Assembly (NCBI GenBank): GCA_024679065.1
Contig: JAGIQG010000024.1
Coordinates: 2,976,001 to 3,040,000, forward strand
Length of the DNA stretch: 64,000 bases
Reading direction: 5' to 3'
Source of the DNA: Sphyrna mokarran
Taxonomy: Eukaryota
Shown here: one piece after another, positions 35,628-46,692 of the stretch
How positions within the stretch are numbered: the first letter of the stretch is position 1
How the letters are laid out: each line of letters opens with the position of its first letter
Translations under genes and position numbers: made by a program
Notes under the pieces: generated by a model
What the model was told of the DNA's origin: nothing
What the model saw: the letters and a program-made list of their open reading frames with translations, nothing else
The model's database searches: none

Positions 35628-38600
35628 TAAAGAACAAAGGAGCAGGAGGTCATCGATCCCCTTAACCCTATTGGCTTTGGCTCGCTGGGCTGAGGTGAGA
35701 GCAGGTTTAAGCAGAATGTGCTACTGGTTTTCAGTTGCGTTCACACCTCCAAAGGTGTTCCTGACAATGGCAGGGATTATGGGAAGGTGCCTCACCTGCA
35801 TACGATGTCATATGTGGGAGTTCCTGGAGGCAAGACCTCTCCCGAAAGTCCATTTATGCGTCAAATGTTTGGAGCTGCAGCATCTGAGGGCTCGGGCCAA
35901 GCAACTAGAGCGGCGATTGGAAGATGCATTTTTAGTCAGGAAGGACAGGGCAATCATGGAAGGGAGGCAGAGTAAGGTGGCAGACCCAGAGCCTAAGCAG
36001 GGGGGTAACCTGATCCTTACAGGTGGATTACTGTAAGGAAGGGGAAAAAGGAGAGGGGGAACAGTCCAAAGACTTTCCCAGTGGCAGCCCCCCAAAATAC
36101 CGAGGGCGGAGGGGTAAAAAAGATAAGGCAGAAGGACCTGAGTACCTCAAAGGGGAGGAAAGGGGCTAGAAGAGAGATAGTGGTGGGGAATGGGAGGGTT
36201 AAAGGAATAGATAGACGCTTCTGTGGTCAAAGACGGGACTCCAGGATGGTAGTTTGCCTTCCTGGAGCAGGGTTGCAAGATGTGTCTGACAGGGTAGAGG
36301 GCATTTTGAAGGGTGAGGTGATCCAGGCTGATGTGATTATTCACGTAGGAGAGAAGGATGTAGGAAGGAAGAGCAGGGAGGATATACGAAGGCAGTTCAG
36401 GGAGTTGGGGGGTAGGCTGAAGAGCAGGGCCTCCAGGGTGGCAATCTCAGGGCTGCTTCCAGGGCCAAGTAATAGCGGGGCCAGGAAAAATGAGATCCTA
36501 CAGCTGAATGCATGGCTGAAGGATTGGTGTAGGGCAGAGGGTTTCATATTTGTGGATAACTGGGAATTCTTCCTGAAAGAAGGGCACCTGTATAAAAGGG
36601 ACGGGGAACACTTAAATGGGAAGGGCGTGAATATCTTAGCTGGGAGGTTAGCTGGAGTGCTTCAGCAGGGTTTAAACTAATATGGAGGGGGGAGGGGCTG
36701 AGACTGACAGCTCGGTAGAGAGTGAGATGGGAGATAGAGTAAGCTTGGATGAGAAGAAATACACCAGGGAGAAGGAGGTTCTGAGTAGGCTTGGAGGTCT
36801 GGAGTGTGTCTGTTTCAATGCGAGGAGCGTAACAGGAAAAATAGATGAACTTAGGGCCTTAATGTTTGCGAGGAACTTGGATGTGGTTGCAGAGACGGAG
36901 ACGTGGTTAAAGGAAGGGGAGCAGTGGCAACTGAATATTCCTGGGTATAAGTGTTTCAGGCGTGACAGAGGAGGGTCCAGAAGAGGGGGGGGAGTGGCGT
37001 TGTTAGTTAGGGAGAGCATCACAGCGGTGCAGAGGAAGGACAATTCAGAGGAGTTAGGAGTGGAGTCGCTGTGGGTGGAGTTGAGGAATAAAAAGGGGGC
37101 AATCACTATGCTAGGGATGTATTATAGGCCACCCAACAGCCCGCCGAAGAAGGCATATGTAAAGACATTTTGGATAGGAGCAGAAAGAACAGAGTCGTTA
37201 TAGTGGAAGATTTTAATCTCCCTAGGGTGGATTGGAAGGTATCTAGAGCTGGGGGTTTGGACGGGCAGGAATTTGTAAAATGTGTACTGGAAGGATTATT
37301 GGAGCAGTATGTAGCTAGCCCGACTAGAGAAGGGGCTATATTGGATTTAGTTCTGAGTAACGAGCCAGGGCTGGTTGATGTTGTAATAGGGGAACATGTG
37401 GCTAACAGTGACCACAATTCTGTCTATTTTAGGATACAGATGGAAAAGGATGCTTGTTGCCCTAGGGGCAGGGTGCTGAATTGGAGGAAGGCTAACTATG
37501 GTCGGATTAGGCAGGAATTTATGGAAACTGATTGGGAATGGTTGTTCAAGGGTAAGTCCACGCTTGGCATGTGGGACTTTTTCAAGGGAATACTGAAAAT
37601 GTTGCAATAAAGATATGTGCCAGCCAAGAGGAAAGATGGGAGAGGTAGGATTAGAGAGCTGTAGATTACTAGGGATATCGAGGACTTGGTTAGGAAGAGA
37701 GCTGTATATTAGGTCAAAGCAGCTGGGAATGGAGAGAGCATTGGAGAAATATAGAGAGAGTAGGAGGGAGCTCAAACAGGGAGTTAGAAGGGCAAAAAGG
37801 GGGCATGAAATGATTTTGCCAGATAGGATTAAGGAAAATCCAAAGGCTTATTACTCCTATGTTAGAAATAAAAGGGTGGTTAGAGGAAAAATCGGACCTC
37901 TTAGGGATAGAGGAGAGGAACTGTGGTTAGAGCCCAAGGGAATGGGGGAGATCCTGAATGAATACTTTGCGTCGGTATTCACAAAGGTGAGGAGCTTGTT
38001 GACCGGTCCGATCTCTGAGGGAGCTGTGGACCAATTGAGGGAAATATCCATACCGAGGGAAGTGTTAGAGCTTCTAGGTAGCATTAAAACTGATAAATCT
38101 CCGGGGCCTGATGGCATATATCCCAGGCTGTTTACTGAGGCACAAGGTGAAATTGCTGGGCCTCTGACGCAAATCTTTGTCTCTTCTTTCGACACAGGTG
38201 AGGTCCCAGAGGACTGGAGAATAGCTAATGTTGTACCGTTGTTTACAAAGGGTAGTAGGGATAACCCTGGAAATTATAGGCCGGTGAGTTTGACGTCAGT
38301 GGTAGGGAAGCTATTGGAGGGGATTCTTAGAGATAGGATGCATAGGCACTTAGAGCGTTGCGATCTGATTAGGGATACGCAGCACAGATTTGTTAAGAGG
38401 AGGTTGTGTCTTACGAATCTGGTAGAATTTTTTGAGGAGGTGACGAAAATGGTTGACGAAGGGCGAGCCGATGATGTCGTCTATATGGATTTCAGTAAGG
38501 CGTTTGACAAAGTCCCTCATGGGAGTTTAGTTGAAAAGGTCAAGGCTAATGGGATACAAGGACAGGTAGCTAGATGGATAAATAACTGGCTTAGTAATAG

Positions 38601-40043
38601 GAGACAGAGAGTAATAGTGGAAGGATGTTTTTCTACCTGGAGGTCGGAGACTAGTGGTGTGCCACAGGGCTGGGTACTGGGATCTCTTCTATTTGTAATA
38701 TATATAAATGACTTGGAAGAGGGAGTAAGTGGAGTGATCAGCAAGTTTGCAGACGATACAAAGATGGCTGGACTTGCGGACAGTGAGGAGCATTGTCAGG
38801 CGATGCAGCAGGACATTAGATAGGTTGGTAGCTTGGCAGACGGAATTCAATCCTGATAAGTGCGAGGTGATGCATTTTGGGAGGAAGAATGTAGGGGGAG
38901 GTATATGATAAAGGGTAGACCTATTAAGAGTATAGAAATGCAGAGGGACCTGGGGGTGCAGGTCCACAAGTCTCTGAAGGTGGCAGAGCAGGTGCAGAAC
39001 GTTGTGAAGAAAGCGTATGGTATGCTAGCCTTTATAGGAAGGGGTATAGAGTACAAGAGCTGGCCTTTAATGTTGCAGTTGTATAAAACGCTGGTTAGAC
39101 CTCATTTGGAATACTGCGTCCAGTTCTGGTCGCCTTACTACCGGAAGAACGTGGAGACTCTGGAGAGAGTGCAGAGGAGGTTTACCAGGATGCTGCCTGG
39201 TATGGAAGGTCTGAGTTACGAGGAGAGATTAGGCAAATTGGGACTGTTTTCCTTAGAAAGACGTAGACTTAGAGGAGATCTGATAGAGGTGTACAAGATT
39301 ATGAGGGGTATAGATAGAATAAACAGGGTTAAGCTTTTTCCTAGGATGGACTCAAATAGCACGAGGGGTCACTGGCTTAGGGTGAGGGGGGTAAGGTATA
39401 ATTTGGATGCTAGAGGGAGTTTTTTCACACAGAGGGTGGTAGGGGTATGGAATGCGCTGCTAAGTAAAGTGGTGGAGGCAGGTACTCTGGAGTTATTTAA
39501 GAAATACTTAGATGGGCACATGAACAGAATGGGAATGGAGGGGTATAGAAAACTGATTTAAAATAGGTATCATGAGCCTTGGGAGTCCCTGGGAAGTGTG
39601 TAAATAGATGATGATATTGATGTACTTGTTTTTATCCTACAGGTGCTTTGGTCCACCTTGTTGTCTAACAAGGGGCATATACACGATGGGTCGTGAGAGG
39701 GCTGCTCTTGGATTTTTTTTGAGAGTATCCTAATGCTTCACATCATTAGTGTACGCTTGACCTGGACCATTTGATGGGCAACATGACAGCTCAGTGACTA
39801 TTGCTGTGCTGTGCAGATACGTAGATTTGGGCCTGTGTCTATGGGAGTTTGCGCGTTCTCCCTGTGCTTGCCTGGGTTTTCTCCAGGTACTCCGGTTTCC
39901 TCCCACATCCCAAAGATGTACTCTTAGGCTAATTGGCAGAACAAATTCTCCCTAAATTGTCTCAAATTTGGTTTCAATCCATAGATCTATAAAAAATAGA
40001 TAGGAATCACAGGTAGAGGTAGGATAAATGAGGTGGTAGCGCA
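35628..40043 (+). mobile_element. Near full-length CR1 LINE: 5'UTR, ORF1 (zinc finger/leucine zipper + SGNH esterase-like, about 35767-36680), ORF2 (APE + RT, about 36682-39561, disrupted), SINE-containing 3'UTR lacking the terminal hairpin
   Basis: CIRC...CVKC-LELQHL; VVCLPGA, IIHVG, ISGLLP, DGEHLN; CFNARS/ETW; KFADD. Confidence 0.96.
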
Positions 40044-40301
40044 TAAGCAGGTGAAGGCAAGAGATGTGATGCAGGTTTATTTCATTAAAATAAATATCTC
40101 CAAAAGCTTCTCATGCTACATATCGTGCATTGAGTTGTTTAAATTACAAACACAATTTTCAAAATATAAATAAAGTTAAATTTCTCCTGATCCTGCAGGA
40201 GTTAATGACATTTACATTTGGGCAGAGCTTTAAGAAGCAGTAATTCCATCTTGCTTCATGGCTACTTGGATAAATAATCACACATTTCCCTGAATGGTCC
40301 A

Positions 40302-40459
40302 TCAAGAATTACAGAATCCATTTTGAAATTCTCCTGTTATTTTACGATGATGTTTCTTGCACACAACTGTCACCAGCATTAATATAATGAGAAATTCAGT
40401 GACAAGGAGAGAGACAAGTGACCATCGAATTCTTGTCTGTGCTTCAGGAGTTTCCAATT
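40302..40459 (-). CDS. B7-like gene exon 4: stalk, TM and short tail (E)LETPEAQTRIRWSLVSLLVTEFLIILMLVTVVCKKHHRKITGEFQNGFCNS*
   Basis: Acceptor ttttcctttttcacag, phase 1, hydrophobic helix then basic stop-transfer KKHHRK, TGA at 40304-40302. Confidence 0.85.
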
Positions 40460-40796
40460 CTGTGAAAAAGGAAAATAACTGTTGGTGGTTTCAGCTTTAA
40501 CTTCATTTTTTTTGTTCATGGTTTAAAATACAATGAAAGAACAGTTTTAAGAATCCAATTTATGATTTTCTTTTATACTGGATAGTGTAATAAGACCCTA
40601 AATCAGGAACAATATTTAACAGAATATAACACCTTTAACACTGAAAAAACATCCCAAAGCAGCAAGCAAAGAAAAGCACTTGATGTTATATCATGTCATT
40701 CATGATTGCAAAGCAATTTACAACCAATGAAGTATTTGAAACTCAGGTCATTAGTGTAATGCAGGGAGAACAGAGGCAATATGTGCAAAACAAGCA

Positions 40797-40900
40797 AATC
40801 TCCCACTCATCTGACAAAAGGAGCAGTGCCCCAAAAGCTAGTGGCACTTGCAACCAAATAAACCTGTTGTACTTTAACCTGGTGTTGTGAGACTTCTTAC
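40797..40900 (+). mobile_element. Penelope family-1 pLTR fragment with a decayed hammerhead-like core
   Basis: ctgacaa-aaggagcagtgcccc-aaaagct resembles CTGATGA-stem II-GAAA; continues into the family-1 pLTR. Confidence 0.55.
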
Positions 40901-41262
40901 AACAAGCTCCACCTGACTCAACAAGATTGGTGCTAAAGGGAGACATGAACACACAACCACCTATCACTGACGGATGATATCTGCAAAAGGAAATATTGGA
41001 TGGGAAGGCACAATAATAAAATCTATGTCTTTGACTAATCAAAGGGAAATTTTAAAGGAGAGGGGGGGATAGAAGGAGTAGGGTGATAGGGAAGGAGTTT
41101 GCCAGCAGCCAGAAGTAGTAAGTTAAGAGTAGAATTCTTAGTTTTGAAGGTTCCAGATACAAAGAGAGATAAGGCCACAAAAAAAAGGACTAGAAACAAG
41201 AATGAGAATTTTAAATCTGAGGCACTGTGGTGATGAAGGCCAGTGAGCATTGGGTGAAAGTT

Positions 41263-41518
41263 CATAGAATTATTGAGCCACTACAGTAGAGAATGAGGCC
41301 ATTCGTCTCATCAAGTCTGTACTGTCTCTGAAGACCATCCATCCCAGGCCGTCCCCTTGCACATTTACCATGGTTCATCCACCTAAGCAAGATATCTTTG
41401 AACCATAGAAAGAAAACCATGCAGACAGGGGGAATTTGCAAAGAGACAGACACCCAAGGCTAGAATTTAACTCGGGTCCCTGGCACCATGATGTAGCAAT
41501 GCTAACGACTGTGCCACT
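41263..41518 (-). mobile_element. Degenerate HE1-type SINE
   Basis: Reverse-complement head and tail recognisable. Confidence 0.75.
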
Positions 41519-42030
41519 CATTGGGTCTCAGACCAGGATGGGATAAAGGATAGGAGTTTTGGAAGGGCTGGAATTTATATAGGGAGCAGGATTCCAAATC
41601 GCAAAAAGGAGAGGGAGAGAGAGTGATGGAGAGACAACAACAAGAAACATTGCAGTATTCTAGTCACAATTGTCTAGAGTCAAAAGGTATTTAAAAGCAA
41701 AAAAATTCAAACATGCAGCTGTTCTTTCATGATCTTGGAAACAGATAAATATCAATAAATCTACTGTGCAGCTGTTTAGACTTATGATACTGAAATAGAA
41801 GCTATATGAAAATGAGAATCAATTTGTAGAAGGACTATTTCTGTTTTTAGCAATGAAAACTGTGACACATCACTCACAGAAACCTGGGGGACAAACTAGA
41901 AAAATGCAGCTGGTTCCTACATTTGATGTCAATTCATTGTTCTCCATTAAGGTGTAGTAATTCAGCACTTCATTACAAGACAACATGAGCTTCAGAATAT
42001 AGAGTGTGTCAGATATACAAGTGAACCTAC

Positions 42031-42315
42031 CTTTAGAAAGGCCAAATGTTCGAGAGACTGATTGATGTAGTACATCATTCCTTAATCTAAATGTGTAGTT
42101 AGAACTTCTATTGGCATCACTGACTTCCAGAATACTCTGCAGTGAATAGAGACCATCTCCACTTTGCTGGTATAAAGTCTCAGACAATGGAGAAATATCC
42201 TTGTTTTCGTCATTGTACCAGGAAACGGAAGCTTTGGGATAACCTTGGGATTCAAATTTGAACACTGTCCCAGAAGGTCTCAGTTGAATAGAAAAATCAG
42301 GTTCCTTGTAAAATG
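42031..42315 (-). CDS. B7-like gene exon 3: IgC-like domain lacking both canonical cysteines
   Basis: 285 nt, phase 1-1, ccctgcag acceptor and G|gtagg donor; AFYKEP...FESQGYPKASVSW...DGLYSLQSIL...NYTFRLRNDVLHQ. Confidence 0.9.
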
Positions 42316-43423
42316 CTGCAGGGCAAATGCGGACAAGTCGTCAGAAACAAGAAATAAACAAAATTATGCCAACTAGGGTCTCCCCCATTAATTACCGTAA
42401 TTGAATGCAATAAAAAAACAAAATGTTCAAATGACAAGTCTGAGTACAAACAGATCAGTGACAGTTAGTGATCAATTTGTAAAGATGTTTAAATCACAAA
42501 TTAATAATGTAGCTATAACATTACTATAATATCCAACAGGCTGCTGTTAGAGCAGATTCAGTATTGAGTAGAATACTGTTCAGCAGTTTAGATTGCCACT
42601 GATGGACATTAAGATATAGTCAAACAGGGTTAAAATCAGCTACTCATGTTCAATCGAAACTGACTTTTTATATGGTGACAGCACCCCAGCAGAAGAAATG
42701 ACCTATAACTGCTGAATGGGCTGCCTGTAACTCTTCTTGAAAATAAAGAGAGTCTCTGAGCAGCTGGCTGAGTGTGCTGTTTTTTAATGTTACCCAGTCA
42801 CTCGTTAGACTGATGGGCACAAATATCAACTTGTGATTTCACAACTACTCCCATGACTCCGGATTACTATCCTCCCAGCCAGAACTGGCAGCTTCTGAAC
42901 TCAATTTTATCAATCTAGCAGATGGGAAAATGTAAATGAGTTTTAGGAAATTGGATCTGATCATTAAATCCACAAGATTCACCACATTTCACTGGAATTC
43001 TATCATGAGATTTAGAATACAAATTGAAGCATGTGTTTACTCCTTCCATTCCTGATATTTTCCCTCCCCTTATCCCCTTGCTCCTGTAAGAGTTTGAAGT
43101 TTTGCTGGGGTAAACAGTGTCATGTTCAATTACTTAAATCATCATCATTCATATACGCTACTCTCAATATTCACCTATGATGGCTACATCAGCTTAATGA
43201 TGTCCAATTGGTAAAGTGAACAGCCAATAGAGGAGTTTCCACCTTAAGAGACATGGCAAGGTCAGCCAATACCCTGTTGGGAGTAGAGAGGAGCTAAACC
43301 CTGTGACAATCCACTTGGTCTGTACTGCTTACTTTAGACACTCACTCACTGGATCATTGCAGGTTACCAAGAAGCATGATTTTGATATACAGCACAGAGA
43401 CCCAAAAAAATAGAAAGAAGTAC

Positions 43424-43777
43424 CAGCAAATATTAGAGACAGCGTGTCGTGGCCACCTCCCTTTGTATTACTGACAAAGCACTTGTATTGTCCAGCATCC
43501 TCTGCTCTCACTCCTTCCAGCTTCATTGAGGCATTCCCGTGTTTTAATTCCTCATGGAATAAGCTTGTCCTCCCCGAATAACGAGAGCTTTGGTGACTCA
43601 GTTGCTCTTTCCCATAATAATAACTAAAAACAACTTCCTCAGTCTCGACTCGTTGCCAATTGATGACCAATCCATCGAGTGACGATTTATCCTGAACTGT
43701 AAAGCTACATCCCAGCACTGTATACTGGCCATAGATAGCAGTCACTGGGGTCTCTGAGGTATAAACCCTAAATTCAG
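43424..43777 (-). CDS. B7-like gene exon 2: IgV domain (CD276/VTCN1/HHLA2-like)
   Basis: 354 nt, phase 1-1; LGCSF, INWQR, RYSGRTSLF, GNASMKL, DAGQYKCFVS. Confidence 0.95.
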
Positions 43778-44679
43778 CTGTGAAGAAAAAAAATAAGTGA
43801 ATATAGGAGGTTTATTGCAAAAATCAGTTTAAGGACAGTTAATCTGACCATATTTAACCTTGAACACATCAAAAAAAACAAACAAACTGCAAATTATTTC
43901 TCTGCTTTCTCTCTTCTCTTCTCCCCTTCCTCTGATGGAAGGATATTTCCTGATACGTTGTCTCACCGATTCACTCAACAAGCTCACCTGAACGTTACAG
44001 GAACTGAACTGGTCAAGGTCATTGCCCAGCAATCAGGACAGGACCCAAAATCCATCTTTTTAAACTTACTGTAGCCAGAGGACTCCAGGCTTCCCGTTCC
44101 CTTGCAGTCCAATTCAACCCTGCCCCAATTTAAAATTTGTTAGGACAGACTATGCAACAAGTCTAGTATCTCCTTGTGTGCGTGCCTGGTGTCAAAGCAG
44201 GGTCTCTGTCCATCCTGAGGGAGGACAGAAAGTTTGGAAATTGATGGGAATATTAAAATAAACATGGAATGCTGAGAGAGGACAAGGAGCAGATAAATAA
44301 CTTCCACACATGTGACAGAGGGTACCAAAAGCCCAAATATAAAATCAATATAATAAATATTAGCTGAATAACCATGAATGTACTAACACCATTGAAGGAA
44401 AGAGTAATGATTGAAATGCCTGATACAGGGGGATTGGACTGGATAATTGGTTAAATATTGGTCTCTCAACTCTGCGATTAGGGATGAATCCAATCCAAGT
44501 TGAGAATCTTCATGAATCGATACCATTTGCAGAGTTTTAACAGTTTCCCCTCCAGATCCCACTGACCACGAACGCGATATAAAACGGCCCCAAATTAGCA
44601 ATCTCACTTCAAGTTTCACAGGCTGAGTAAGATCATTGGAGGGAAAATGTTTGAAATGCTCTAGACTGATTAGATTGAA

Positions 44680-44935
44680 CATAGAAAAAACAACAAGATG
44701 CCGGAAAAGCTCAGCAAGTCAGACAGCATCTACTTTTAGCTTGTGTGCCTTTGGTCAGAGTTCCGATGAAAGATCACTCGACCCGAAGTGTTGACTGTTT
44801 TATTCCACAAATTATTCAGAAATTCAGCAACTTGAGTTAAAATGTTCAGCTCCCCTACATAGACCGCCCTCTCCTCAAAATTTAACCACAACATAAAAAT
44901 CAGTAAAAAGCACAGAAAACGCCGAGCTCTTTTAG
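44680..44935. mobile_element. Penelope family-2 pLTR remnant with a decayed hammerhead-like motif (44763-44797)
   Basis: ccgatga-aagatcactcgaccc-gaagtgttgac; flanks resemble 10157-10335. Confidence 0.45.
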
Positions 44936-45141
44936 TAAACACACACCAGGCTGTTTGTTCTCAAAATAATTTGGTAAATTTCCAACACAAGAACAATATT
45001 TGTGGAAAGTACCCACCAAAATTACCAGGCATTACAAATAAACATGTACTTGCTTTGGGCTAATCTGGTGAAAAGGACAGTTTAAACTGTGTAGATTATT
45101 TACTAAAATATGTCAGAGAATTCTTTAATTGAAAGACTTAC

Positions 45142-45214
45142 CAAGAGTTGAACTAAATCCTGCCACGAGCAAAGCAGCAAGCAGGTTTGTCAAAACACTT
45201 TGATCACTTTTCAT
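45142..45214 (-). CDS. B7-like gene exon 1: signal peptide MKSDQSVLTNLLAALLVAGFSSTL(A)
   Basis: ATG at 45214, hydrophobic core, G|gtaagt phase-1 donor; the four exons join into an 870-nt ORF (289 aa). Confidence 0.85.
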
Positions 45215-46199
45215 AATATTTAATCACTTATCGGACAGGGGCACAGCCGCCACCTGTAACTCCACTCACCACCTCCTCTCTCAGCTCTGTTCACTTACCC
45301 AGTTAATGGTTCTAATATAAAAAGTTACAAACTGGGCGGTCCCAGAGTCGTTATATCCCATGACGATTCACGTCATTGTGTGTATCGGAATCTCCATGGT
45401 GATTCTTAATAAGACTGGGGAGAAATGGAACTTCGACTTCCTCCGAAGTTTATCTCTGGTTCTGTCACAGTTTTCAGTGTAAATGCAGCCTCTGTGAAAC
45501 ATCGGACAGACTCCCAACAACATGATATAAAATCACCACAGACAGAAAATGAAAACGAGCTAATTGCCAGCAGCTAAAATCTGTGGAGAGAGAAACAGAG
45601 TTCATGTGCCACATTGTATACATACCAGCTAAAAGATGCATTGTAGCAAGGCTCCTTAGACAGCAATCTCCAACCCCAGGATATCGGGATGTGTTTAACA
45701 CAAACTGCTGGAAACTAGGCATCAAAAACATCCTAATACTTGTTATTGTTTACAATTGTTTACCGGCTTCCATTAGCACATCGCTCCTTCCAGAACCATC
45801 TCGGAGTTTCTGTGATAAGGAAATGATGATGTATGTTAGCATTAGCATAATGAATATTAACCCTTCACAAACTACAGCGTCCAGATAAACTGATCACTGG
45901 ATTTTAAATTTCAATTCAAATTTCATCATCTGCTGCTTTGTGATTCTTACCCTGGTGCTCGGGGCATTAGCCTGGGTCTCTGGATTACTGGTCAGTAACA
46001 ACACTACTGTGCCACTGCCTCCTCCTTCATGTCAGACCCATTCTCCTGATGTTGGGGGGCAGTAACTCTCACTTCACCTTTTTTTTAAGGTCACTGACTA
46101 TTTTTCAGAATAAGGAGGAGTTTGAAATCTAACAGTATTTAACCAAGGGAGCATTGGCTAATATTCACTGTAAATCCACCCAGTAAAAATGTATCTGGG

Positions 46200-46431
46200 G
46201 CCCAGGATTTCAAACTATTGTTTACGAGGTGCAGTGACCTCCCCGCCCCAATAATGTGGACAATCTACAATCACCTAGAAACCTAGTGGTGATCCTCCAA
46301 ATCCAATGTGAAGAAAAGTGGCTCAACAACTACAATGTGCCCAGTATTGCAATGCTAATCAGAACAGACCAGCTTCACTGGGCAGGACATGTCATTCTAC
46401 TGCCAGACACCAGACCCACTGCTCTCTTCGG
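46200..46431 (+). mobile_element. Old RTE-clade LINE fragment (continues at about 51139-51290)
   Basis: ILQIQ...PSIAMLIRTDQLHWAGHVILLPDTRP is typical of the RTE C-terminal region. Confidence 0.7.
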
Positions 46432-46692
46432 GAGGGGATGGTCGGGATGCCGATCTCCTTGTGAACCTGCTCCTGGGCCTGGCGACACGCACTATCAATA
46501 GGTCCAGGCAGCGGGTGATCGGGAGGATGGTCTGTCCCGATTGTCTGCCCCTTTAGCACAGCTACATTTGTGGCCAGGTGTCCCTGGAGAGGGAGCATAC
46601 AGTATCCGTTAGCACAGGCGACACCTTCTGTGCCTGCTGGGCACCGCAGGGGCTGAGGTGTGTTATAGACTCCGACAATCACGTTTTGATTT

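Noticed and set aside
45254-45298. Tiny 5'UTR intron in the B7-like gene (gtaagt...ttacag)
   Set aside because: Only 45 nt with no pyrimidine tract
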